DNA from: Ginglymostoma cirratum
Taxonomy: Eukaryota
Reading direction: 5' to 3'
DNA: 64,000 bases
Assembly (NCBI GenBank): GCA_024137785.1
Contig: JAHRHZ010000029.1
Location: 35,521,137 to 35,585,136, forward strand
In this document: in pieces, positions 13,130-24,556 of the stretch
How positions within the stretch are numbered: the first letter of the stretch is position 1
Layout of the letters: each line of letters opens with the position of its first letter
Notes under the pieces: generated by a model
Told to the model about the DNA's origin: nothing
Database searches by the model: none
Seen by the model: the letters and a program-made list of their open reading frames with translations, nothing else
Program-made: the position numbers and the translations under genes

Positions 13130-13779
13130 ATTCTAATCTACTTGGGTAATGACTTGCTTCTTTCTGATACATTATAAGCATCAAGACAGATGAATCAGAG
13201 CTCAAGATTAATGATTTTCTTAAACAAAATGAAGTTGAACTGGTCAGTTCTCCATCGAAAGCAGACAGACATCTGCAGATGAATCCCATGGTTACCAACA
13301 GCCTGCTCTGAATATCCAGCACTTCACAAGGGAAAAAAAACATCCTTGCTTCAAGAGAACAGCCATCTACCATGAAATTCCTGACAAGAAAGAGCCCTCA
13401 GGAAAAGCTATAGGGTGACTGCTTGAGTCAACAGGGAAGAGTTCTTCTGTGAAGGAAATTGAGAAGATGATTATCCCTCCGGATAAGGTGACGGAGCAAC
13501 TACAGGGATGACATTTCCCAAGAGAACATCCAGGAAATGAAAGATTCTCCAGCAGAGAAATGGCTCACAGGCCAATCAAGATCAAAGTCAACAGCCCTTG
13601 AGCCACAGATGTTCAGAGCTTCCAGGTCTGGGGGGGATGAGTCTTGGAAGAACTGTATAGAGTGTTTGTATTTTTGAAGGAAGAGCCTTGGGGAGAAACG
13701 CACTCATGGTGAATGTAAAAATAAAGATATGCGTGAGTTTTAAATGTTAAGTTTCAAAATGAAAATATTTAAGGGAAGC
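13130..13779 (+). mobile_element. Putative decayed 3' internal region of an LTR retrotransposon
   Basis: Purine-rich, coding-like but stop-riddled sequence ending in a polypurine tract (aagggaag, 13771-13778) next to an LTR-like unit. Confidence 0.4.
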
Positions 13780-14045
13780 TGTTGTCTCAGGTCACTGTCC
13801 TGAAAGTGTTAACGCTGAAGGTGCACGAGGTCCACCTAATCTGATTATGTAGCAAAGTCTTTCTGTGGTGAATTGGGCAGTCTTATGTGGTGTCCTGATT
13901 AAAACAGGAGTATCATCTGTGGCTCCTGAGAGTTCCAATTATGTGTAACTAGTCAATGTTAATTGTACTTATTGCTATAATGCAATAAACCATGTATGAT
14001 AGTGTGTCTTTTTATTAAGAATCTCTGATGGTTTCTCCTCTAACA
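13780..14045 (+). mobile_element. Putative 3' LTR
   Basis: Starts TGTTG directly after the PPT, contains AATAAA (about 13984) and ends TAACA, an imperfect terminal inverted repeat. Confidence 0.55.
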
Positions 14046-16289
14046 CTGATAATTACTCAGTTTAGAAGGTAGGATTGACGATAACTCCCAACCACAGACT
14101 ACCAGACATTGCTGCATACAACCCATAGTGATAATGACCTGGGAGTTCTCCAGTTTGATTTCTGTTGGGAGATAGCCAAGAGACGTTTTAGCTACAAATT
14201 TTGGTTAGGAGAGTTATTCCTTATAGAATAATTTGGAGTTTTAACCATTCATTTAATAGTGACAGGATGGGAATTTACACCTGAATAAAAACTGAATACC
14301 ATCTCAAAAAATTGTCAAAAACATTTGAGGCACTCAATTTCAACAGGCCTCATGTTGTCAACTACAGGTATTTGTATTATTCTCTCAAATTCTGGTGCTG
14401 GAATCTTGCACAAATCAAATTGCTCCACAGAATGCCTTAACTTGCTCCAAATTTAATCGTGTGCATTTTGTTTTCATAACCCTGAAAACTTACAGATTTT
14501 TAACTTTGGGGTGTTATTACCTTCTGTCTGTTTGGAATCTCTCTGGGATTCCACACTATTTGTAATGTTCATTAACCCGGGCTTCTCAAATGAACTGGAA
14601 TGTAGGTTGTTATATATTCATAAACCATCTCCCTGCCTGACCCAGGAAAGTTTTAATTAGATACAGAGTAAATCTTCATTCAACTGTATCTTTTAATGGA
14701 ATAATTAGCTACTAGTTGCAGTATCAATGATGGGTATTATATTGTACAATGTTCATTTGGTTAGAAACTCCCATACAAACTGAACTCTTAGCAAACAGCC
14801 CAAACCTAATTGGCTAGGACATGACTCCTCAGTTTACAAACATGAAGGGAATGGGTATTCTTATCTCTGAGGAATGGACATTTGAATGTTTCAATGCTCC
14901 CTTGATTAAAATTATACCTTTATTTCAAGACGATCTCCTTGAAGCAAAGTGCATATAATTTTAAAAACACCTTCACAGTTAGAATAATTGGAAAGAAGGA
15001 TATACTTGACCATCTTGGAAATGATAAGGTTTATTTTATAATTTTCCATTCAAAAGATAGATATTGCGTGGAGAAGAATCAATAATTATTTTCCCATTCT
15101 ATGATGTCCCCAGGGAATTTTCTTCCTGGAAATTGACACAAATTGGGAAAGTCTCAATTTCAGTCTCTCATTTCTACTGAGTTCAATGATCCTCATTATC
15201 AGAGCAGTAGAAGGGTGCATGATGGACACAGAACCTTAGGGCACCTTGGTACTTGCTTCCAATCCCTATCTCATGAACATAAGCCTAAGATAAAGCACAC
15301 ATTTGTGAATGGCTTGTCAGAGCACAACAATGTCTACACAGTCAAGAAAGTTTGGCAACAGCGCGGACAAAGCTGATACTAACAATGAGAACAATACAAA
15401 AGCTTAGGAGACAGTCACGGTGCCAGTCAGATTGTTTGTAAAAGGATGGCAGAAGGGTTAGCAAACAAAACAGGCAGGAAAACGAAAACTGATACTCTTT
15501 CCAAAATGTTATCTTGTGCTATGACTTTTTAATACTTTTTCTTCAACTGATCTGAATGTACAAAAATAAGTATACAGCACCAGAAACAGACCATTCAGCC
15601 CCACTGCTTGATTCTGTTATAGTTTCCTCCCATTCTATCACTGTCATCTTAGTCTTTCAGCTTATCTTTCCATTGCCTTTTCTCTCGCCTACTGCACTAA
15701 TTTCCTTTTGAATACTCTAAGCTATTTGTCTCGTCCATTTAGTATGTTCAAAATTCTAATATTTAACTAAGAAAGAAGAGATATTTTGACTGAATAACTC
15801 AAGGAATTATTCTTGATGATTTTTCTATTTTTAGGTAAAAGACATAATTTAAAAACTGGTAGCATGTTAAAGAAAAGACTTGGACACTTAAGATTCAATG
15901 TGACATTGCCTTATGTGACACTGCAGCAACAACTGAGAGCAGAAATAAATAAGCTAAATTTGTTACGAGTGGGACAAAGAATAATCACCATCCACTACAA
16001 TGTGGTTGATTATTTATTCCCTTTTGAAATGACCTTGCAGGACATTCTGTCTCATTGGAAAAAGTGGCTACCAACTACCACCTCATGGGAAAGTAGGAGC
16101 CGTTAATAAATGATGACATCACATTCCATCAATTCATTTTAAAAAATCAACAACCAGACAAAGAACTTTCTTACACATGCCCTGTTCTCCAAATACACCC
16201 AAGAATATATGAAAATAGAAACCTCTGTTTCAGTGGTAATTAACATCAGTGCATAATGTTTTGCAAAACTGATACTATTGTTTGGTGGG

Positions 16290-16550
16290 GGATCGACTCA
16301 ATTACTGATACACCACAGTTTCTAACAAGCCCATAAAAGATCAATCATCAGTTAATTTGTTTTTGTTAAGTGCTAATGCTTGAATGAAAAATGTTTTCCA
16401 AGAAGAATGCTTTGCTGTTCTTCAAATCATCCTTGTTTTCCACTTGAACATGCAGATGGTATCTTAGTTTGTCATCTTTCTCTAAAGGAGTGCACCCTGG
16501 TAACAGTTTCACCAGTGCAGCCTTGGCAAATCAGCTTGAGCCACATTTCC
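16290..16550 (-). mobile_element. Ancient Deu-domain SINE relic (SacSINE1/AmnSINE-like)
   Basis: Decayed similarity to 38810-39145 (tgctgttcttcaaat, cagatggtatcttagtttgtcatc). Confidence 0.45.
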
Positions 16551-16909
16551 TGATCTAAAGGGGTCCATGCCGCATGTAGCTTCATGTAAATATATCAGTG
16601 GGTGTGCTTAAAGCTCCTCATCGACAGTTGCAGACCCAGTTACAATGTGTGCTGATGCGGCTTGCTGGAATTATCAGGCCAAAATTACTTTGCTTCACTT
16701 CTTGGCTAAGGATTGCATCTGAATATCTTTCTCTGTTCAAAAGATAATAATACTCCAAGATTATAACCTCTTGCAATGTTGTACTGTGTAGTGGCAGTAT
16801 TTAATCAGATCATCAGACCTGGGTTATTAAAACGAGTTCACATGAAGCAACAAGGGTTGGAGCAGGCATGATGGGCTGAATGGGCTACTCCTCCTAAATC
16901 CAAGGGCCC

Positions 16910-17200
16910 TGAGGAAGCAGTGGTGTACTAGCAATGTTACTGAGCTCATAATCTAAAATCGCATAGGCTGATGTTCTAAGGACATGGGTTCAAATCTCAC
17001 CATGGTTGATAGTGACATTTAAATTCAATGAAAATCTGGAACAAAGGGGTAGCCGAATGGTGACCAGTGGGACCCATCTTGAGAGGAGGAAATTTGTTAT
17101 CCTTACCCATGTGTGACTCCAGACCCACAGTAACATGCTTGACTGTTAACTGCCCTCTGGAAATTAAGGATGGGTAGGTCTAGCCAGCAACACCCACATA
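16910..17200 (+). mobile_element. tRNA-derived SINE (family of 10139-10480)
   Basis: B-box ggttcaaatc, gtgactccagacccacag and the shared tail. Confidence 0.8.
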
Positions 17201-18532
17201 GCATATGTTCATGCTTTTAACTTGAAAAGCACAGTATCCTTCAAAGGATTATAATTCGAGTTGATATTCTTTACAGCTTGTTAAATGTGGGAAAAAATAT
17301 TTGTCGGAGGAACACCTTGGAGTTGACTTGCAGCTTATCCCCATAATTTCCAGGATGCATGCACTGTGAAGCATCACCAGTAGAATCCTTGCTGTGAGAA
17401 ATACATAATTATTCTGATAATTACTTTATGTTTGTTTCAGAGAACAAGTTCACAGTTAATCTTTTAAACCTCGTTTGAATTAAGCATGATTACAAAGCAA
17501 TTTTTTAAAGTGTTCATTTTTATTTTTGAGAGATAAAGGTTAATGCAGGTGACACAGAAGGTGATTTGTTGAACCTAATGTTTTGATTTAATACCAGAAA
17601 TATAATTGTAATAATCTGAAGTAAAAAGAGAAAATGCTGTACATACCCAGCAGGGCTTGTGATGGCTGCGGGCTGGACTGATGATGTGTTAAGTTTAGAA
17701 GCTAGCAGCATCTGTACTGATCGTCTGCCTATCAGGATTTGTAGAAAACCTAGCACTATCCCTGTGACAGCCAACCTCAGAAACTTTCTCCCAGGTCAGA
17801 TATGAAGATCCGTGGATTGTCCTAACTCTGAGCTCCCAGATTGAGAATGAAAATTCACACATATGTTTAACCAGCATGTTGAACATAATTTTTAAAATTG
17901 CTTATAGATATCGAAAACCAAGGTTTAATTACAAATTGTATTGCAAACAAATATTACTCATTATAATATTTACCTGTTTCTTCCATCAAATGGTTTGAAG
18001 ACGTAATCAAGAATATGATCTGACCACATGATTTGATAAATTCCAGACAAACACTAGTTTTATACCTTATAAAAAAAACCTCATTTATGAGCAATAATTG
18101 TGGATATCATTTGGTTTTCAATCTTCATGCATGATCAGGATGGGCTAAATGGACACTCTGTAATCTTTTTGCTTCCCTATATTTAGGCAACCAAGTTTGA
18201 AAAATAACACCGAATCAAATCAAAAAATAACTGATTCTGTAGCAAAAGCTTAGAAGTACAGTCCAAGTCTGTTAAAACTGCTACAATGATCAGATGAAGA
18301 GTTCAATAGAAGTGTAATGTGTTTGTCTTCCTCTTGCATTAGTACTTGTTGGTAATGATCAATTTTAGGAATTATTTATGGTTAGGTTGTCTTCTGTCTT
18401 CCAAATATGGTCAATTGTAGCACTCCCATTCTCAGCACTACTCAGAATTCCAGACTCAGATATAAGTGCTGTAAGTGAAGGCTTGGCTCTGTTTTGGGCG
18501 CATTTGCAAATGAGCAGCCAACTTCATGTTTA

Positions 18533-18674
18533 GTGATAATAGGTACTGCAGATGCTGGAGAATCCGAGATAACAAGGTGTGGAGCTGAATGAACACAGCA
18601 GGCCAAGCAGCATCATAGGCCCGAAACGTCAAGCTTTCCTGCTCCTATGATGCTGCTTGGCCTGCTGTGTTCAT
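18533..18674. mobile_element. Short PLE fold-back insertion, 10-bp TSD
   Basis: Inverted arms (gaacacagcaggccaagcagcatcatagg / cctatgatgctgcttggcctgctgtgttc). TSD ttcatgttta at 18523-18532 and 18670-18679. Confidence 0.88.
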
Positions 18675-20132
18675 GTTTAATGAACAGCTAACTCATATGA
18701 ACAAATCAGAGTCACTTATGAAACAAACGTAATTTACATATCCAAATAACATTTTCACTGCAGTCTACTTTATGTACAATTATTAGACCATAGTTAATAA
18801 TACTACATTAGATCTGCTACTGTCTAGTTTTATTGACAGAAATGCTGATGACATTTTGCAGGTGGAAGAGCATTATGTTTTGGAATAAAATATTACAAAT
18901 GCAGGAAGTAAAATCACGAATAATTTCTCTGGAGTTTTTTTTCTGTGTTTGTTAATCAACTAGCACAAATATTTTTGTGGAAAAGTGTGACATTATTTTC
19001 TTGGATCCATTAAATAAAGCATTTGTGACAGTCCACTGCAGCCTCATATCATTTTTAAATGAAGAATTTATTCCTATATTCCACAGAGAGTATGTGGTTG
19101 ATTCTGCTGATAGATTAAGGCTGAGAACAGTCAAGAATTATCAACATAAACATGAAATGTTCTGGTTCCTGTCCCTCACTAGACCTCAAGCATGGTAAAG
19201 CTGTTCTATTGGGGTGCTTAACAGAGTGACATTTTGTCTGCATTGAGGACATAAGAATGTCATAAAAATAAAGGACTCTGTCAGTTCCTCAAGTTCAAAT
19301 TGCAGCTAATCATTCATAGGTACAACATTTGACTATGTCTGAAATGATCTGTGACAAGTGTGTATGTGCGCAGGAATTGAAGTTGCCACTATGGTAATTG
19401 GCAGGTTATGCTTTTGTATGTCAAGTTGTCCTGTCTGTCCTTGATGCTTTTGCTTTGTACTGTTCCCTTCGCTTTCCTTCCACATTCACTGGTTTACTTC
19501 AGCTCAGATTACGATTGTGCAGCCTAAAGTGATTTTTGTTATTAATTCGATGCAACATTGTTTTAAAGGTCGGTCATTTTAGCTTCAGCGTTTGTTGAAA
19601 GTGTTGATTATATAGAAGACAGATGAAGAATGCCCAGAGACACATCTTGTAGCTGCACTAATTTGTTGAACAATGAAATGGTGAAACTTGGACTCATACC
19701 GAATGATTTCAAGGGATCTATCAGTTGATTAAGCATTTACCCAAAATTAAGGAAGGAAAATGAGCTCAGTCTGAATGGAATAATAACAGCAATAATAATT
19801 TCACTTTTCAGTAAGGGTGACTTGATGCAGGATGTAAAGGAATTTGAAAACAAAGAGTGTGAAAATCTGATGTTGGAAGCATTGAAATCTCAGTAATTAA
19901 CAACTTGGAGATTTTTCTGCACAGCTTGATTTCAATTCCACTGATGGCCACTTCCCCCATCATTCTTATCCAAATTATAAACTAAAGAATCACATTTCCT
20001 CTTTCTGTCACTTGGCACAGTGGTGATGTCCCTACCTCTGGGCCAGGAGGCCTGGGTGCTAGTCCCAGCCACTCCAGAGAATTGTAACAATATTTCTGAA
20101 CGTGCTGGGTTTGAGTTATAAAAATAGGCTTG

Positions 20133-20548
20133 GACTTTTTTCACTGGAATGTAGGAAGTTCATGGGTGACCTTCTTGAGATTTATAAAATCAATAGGGCC
20201 AAAGATAAGGTGAATAGCAAGGGTATTTTCCCTAGTGTAGGGGAGTTCAAAACCAGGGAGGAATATTTTTAAGGTGAGAGGAGAAAGCTTTAAAAAGGCC
20301 AAGAGGGGCAACTTTTTTTACACAGAGAGTGGTTCGTGTCTAAAATGACCTGACAGAGGAAGTGGTGGATGCAGGTACAGTTACAACGTTTAAAAGACAT
20401 TTTGATGGGTACATGAATAGGAAATGTTAGGAGGAAAATGAGGCAAATGCAGGCAAATGGGACTAGTTTAGTTTGGGATTATGGTCAGCATGGATTAGTT
20501 GGATCAAAGGGTCTGTTTCCATGCTGTATGACTCTGTAACTCTATGAT
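20133..20548 (+). mobile_element. CR1/HER1 3' end
   Basis: aggggcaactttttt.acacagagagtgg... and terminal gggtctgtttccatgctgtatgactct repeats. Confidence 0.85.
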
Positions 20549-21287
20549 TGGTAAGTATTTGTAGTTGTGTTCTCAACGATGATACAGTGACAATTTTCTT
20601 TCTATCAACAAGAGAGAGAGTATTTCCAGAAAGAAATACAAATAGAAAATTGTACATGTTGGGCATCTGATCTAAGAATGGAAAGTACAGTGTGATTCAG
20701 TCACTGTCTGAGAAAAGAGAATGATAGACAATCATTACACCTGTGTTGCTCACTGAAGGAGTGGCAAGTGTTTATGTCAAATTATCTCAGAGCCATTGAA
20801 GCCCCTGAATCTCAGTTCAGGATTGCCAAGAAGTGTCATAGTGACACATGAGTGAGTGATCTCCAGGTGGTAATATATAATTTCAACATATTATATGGAA
20901 AGGAGGGTAATAGTAGGGTAATTATCACCTTCAAGAAAATACCCACGATGGAATTAAATCAAAATCAGAAAACTTCAATCCATCATGGATTTAGCTTTAT
21001 AAAGGATGAAACTAATAATTTTAAATTTTCAACCGAATGAAGATTTACCTTTACTTAATCTCATAGAATTCAGTCCAATTTATTTTCTCAGTTGTGCAAC
21101 TGGTTTTGAAAAGCCAAGGATTGTGATATTTGTCCTGTAGCCTACAGCAGACATTTCAGTTCTGTATCTTTTCACCTTAATCACCTGCAGCCACAAATTT
21201 AGCTGTTTTATTGATGTAATATTTGTCTTGATGGGTTTCAAAATAGTTCATTTGAATCACAGCTGTCCAGTGGGAAACTGACTGATC

Positions 21288-21454
21288 AAACTCCAGACCC
21301 TACAATAACCTACACATCTGCTTTACACATTGCATCAAAGTTGCTGGACATTAAAATCCAGCTCTACACCCCTTTACACCTTGCTGGATTTTAATGTCCA
21401 GCAACTTTGCAATGTGTAAAGCAGATGTGTAGGTTATTATAGGGTGTGGAGTTT
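21288..21454. repeat. Long inverted repeat (arms about 72-75 bp, 20-nt spacer)
   Basis: 21288-21362 is the reverse complement of 21383-21454 with 2 substitutions and one 3-nt indel. Confidence 0.95.
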
Positions 21455-22259
21455 TGCTACGAGGTGAGTAACTCAAGTCAGGAAATCTCTGCAGGCCCAC
21501 CTCAGTATAAAGATCACCTTTTCAGTCCAGGAATGCAGGAACAGGATTGGACCAGGCCTGATGACCCGAGCTCAAGATTATAAAGGCACCCTTGTTAAAA
21601 GGCCTGCCTTGGTTCTATAGGACTTTAGTCTAGTTATTTGAGATGCTGTTAGGCTGTCCGACTCATGCCCATCACAACCTCTCATTCACAGCCTCTCCAT
21701 CTCCATGGTCTCTCATTCATCTGTGTCAACTCAAACCTCCTTCAACTCAGGGCAAGCCATTGACATGAATAATATCCATTGTTTTGAAGTCAACATTACG
21801 TGTTTTTGAAGTAAGTAAGGATTACACAGCTTGAGCTACTCAAAAGTTACCTTTAATCCAAAAGATGAAAGACTTGACAGCTAACAACAATCAGCTCAGT
21901 TGCCTGACTCCTGTTCACTCAGCAAAGATTGACTGAGGGAATAATACGTGACCATGGAACCCACCTCAACTCCAGAGAATATAAGGAATTGGCTGAACAT
22001 TATCACCTTATCATCATGGTACCCAAATGAGATGGGGGAGGCTTTCTTTTAGAAAAAACTCAGAAGTCAAAAATCCTCACCAAAAGCCAAGAGGCAAGAG
22101 AGGATCTAAATTTATTTTATTGTCAATCTGCTCGACACCATTCAAGCTTGACGAGACCTTGCCTTTAACAACTGTTAAATGGACGAAAGTAGAAGACAGT
22201 TCCAGCAAGCACAATTCTCCCTCCACGTCTACCTCTGCATGTAAGACACAGTCTCACAC

Positions 22260-22550
22260 ATGCTCAGGTAGAAAGAGGTGATGACTCCAACAAGTCTGCT
22301 GAGTCCCTACCTGAACTACTGGATGGACAATCCATTCACCATCTCTGGATCGCGGTAGCAGTGTTTATCATTCACAAATGTATGTCAACAACTCACCTCC
22401 CCTTCCTCAATAGCACCTTCTAAAGCCACAACTTAGAACTATATCACCATTCCTTCACTGTCACCAGGTCAAAATCCTGGAACTGCCTTGTAAACAGCTG
22501 TGGTTATGACAATGAGGACTGTTGTGGGTGAAGAAAGTGACTCATCATGC
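22260..22550 (+). mobile_element. Decayed 3' part of the CR1/L2-group LINE
   Basis: ttccttcactgtcaccaggtcaaaatcctggaact matches 38550-38585. Confidence 0.6.
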
Positions 22551-23671
22551 TGATATTATTTGAAATAAACCAAAAAACAGGATGAAACAAAATGGCCATA
22601 AGAATATAAGAACAGGAATAAGCCATTCAGCCCATCCTGAGCCAGTTCTACATTCAATGAGATCATGGCTGATCTGTGGCCTAACTTCCTCTACCTGCCT
22701 TTGGCACGCAGCCCTTCATACCATTGCTTAACAAAAAAAAAATCGGTCTCAGATTTATGACCACTGTTATGTGCAGATCAGAATAACCAAGTTAGACTCC
22801 AAATTCATGCAAATTATGACCATATAAAGTATATATAAATTTGCACAGATAAGATTCAAGGCCTCCACATGTTTTGTAATAATTCTGTGGTTCTCTGATA
22901 GTTACCTGTAATTGCAAATTATGGTCTGAGATGTATGACTGATTCAAATCAATGGAATCTTCACCATTTAATCTGTGTTACTTACCACTGAGACAGTAAT
23001 ATGACCACCGACATATTCAAGCATAATTAAAAATGAATAATAAATGCTGGACTAGCCAATGATGGCAACAGCCCACGAAATGATTTTAACATGTCCAGAA
23101 TTGAATTCTGAAAACCTCAAACTGAGGAAAAAGTATTGGTGGTGGTAGATGATCACAGATATGACTAACTTTTTACTGACCGGCAGCATCACTGAGCTGA
23201 GATATTACAGACTAGTAACTTTACTGACTACGGACCAACAAGAAAGTTACACTGGGTTTTATGAATATAAGAACAGGGTTGTCTAACAGATAACGCATGG
23301 ACAAAAAAAATGGGCCTTCTGAGGGGTTCTTTGTGGCACTTGAGGGGGCTGGTTGACTGAGCGGTGGAGGATGGGGCTACGTCATTGTGTGTGTTTACAG
23401 AGCGTGTTAATGAGGTTAGTGTGTGGAGCAGTGGGCAGAGCAGCCTGTGAGCAAATTAATGAGTTGATGAGTGAATAAGTCACTGACTGAGCCAAACACA
23501 TATCTATCCTTCCACTCCTCCTCCAGACCTGTCCTGTCCAGATCTCTATCCTAAAATCATGTCCGAGAGGAGGAAACTCCAGGATCAAAGGCAATGAACA
23601 TCCAACCCAATCCCATTAAAGGCAGCCTGGAGTGTATGTAACTAAACTTCAAACCATGGTCAGTGTTATTG

Positions 23672-23901
23672 TAAAGACAAAATACCTTAGATGCTGGAAA
23701 TCTGAAATAAGCACAGAGAAGGTTAGAGAAACTCAACAGGTTTGGCAGCACCTGTGGAGAGAGAAACAGAGTTAACGTTTCATGTCTGGAATGATTCTCA
23801 GCTTTGAAGAAGGGGAACTGGATCCAAAATGTTTAATCTGTTTTCTCTTCACAAGTGCTGTCAGACCTGCTGAGTTTCTCCAGCATTTTCTGTGTTTGTC
23901 T
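23672..23901. mobile_element. Short PLE fold-back insertion (family B)
   Basis: Inverted arms aaactcaacaggtttggcagca / tgctgtcagacctgctgagtttct; decayed TGAAGA...AAAATG core. Confidence 0.8.
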
Positions 23902-23944
23902 AAACTAATTCCTTTGTTTTGCCCTGTCCAAAATCCCTTCACTG

Positions 23945-24287
23945 ATAGAATCCCTACAGTGTTGAAGCAGGCCTTTTGACCCGTTCGAGTCAACACCAAC
24001 CTTCTGAAGAGCATCCCACCCAAATCTACCCCACTACCATATCCCTGTAACCCTGCAATTCCCATAGATAACCCATCTAGCCTGCACAGTGTGGGCAATT
24101 TAGCATGACCAATCCACTTAACTTGCACATCTTTGGACTGTGGGAGGAAACAGGAGCACCCAGTGGAAGCCCACGCAGACATGGGGAGAATGTTCAAACT
24201 CCACACAGACAATTGCCTGAGGGTGGAATCAAACCTGGGTCCCTGGTGCTGTGAGGCAGCAGTGCTAACCACTGAGCCATCGTGCCC
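23945..24287 (-). mobile_element. HE1-type tRNA-derived V-SINE
   Basis: Reverse complement: tggctcagtggttagcactgctgcctcacagc (A box), ggtttgattcc (B box), V-domain gtggagtttg..cattctcccc..gggtgctcc.gtttcctcccacagtccaaaga, and a CR1-derived tail. Confidence 0.92.
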
Positions 24288-24331
24288 CTCTTGAGGCAGT
24301 CTGACACTTTTGTTGGCCTCCATTGTCAGTT

Positions 24332-24556
24332 ATGACGCAGTGTGGAGCTGGAGAAACACAGCAGGCCAGGCAGCATCAGAGGAGCAGGAAAGCTGATGTT
24401 TTGGCTTGGGACTGTTCTTCAGAAATCATTTCTGAAGAAGTGTCCTGATCCGAAACATCAACTTTCCTGTTCCTCTGATGCTGCCTGGCCTGCTGTGTTT
24501 CTCCAGCTCCACTCTATGTTATCTCTGACTCTGGCATCGGCAGTTCTTACTATCTC
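24332..24556. mobile_element. Short PLE fold-back insertion centred at 24427
   Basis: Centre reads cttcagaaat-c-atttctgaag; arms are about 95 bp and only the right arm carries the tail. Confidence 0.9.

Noticed and set aside
21560-21600. ctgatga motif as another hammerhead
   Set aside because: No stem II followed by GAAA and no NUH site.
24205-24287. tRNA genes at SINE heads
   Set aside because: The tRNA-like heads run straight into SINE bodies and lack an intact cloverleaf.
23772-24323. 183-aa ORF (and similar ORFs at 32635-32908 and 40562-40927)
   Set aside because: These are translations of HE1 SINE and PLE repeats, not genes.
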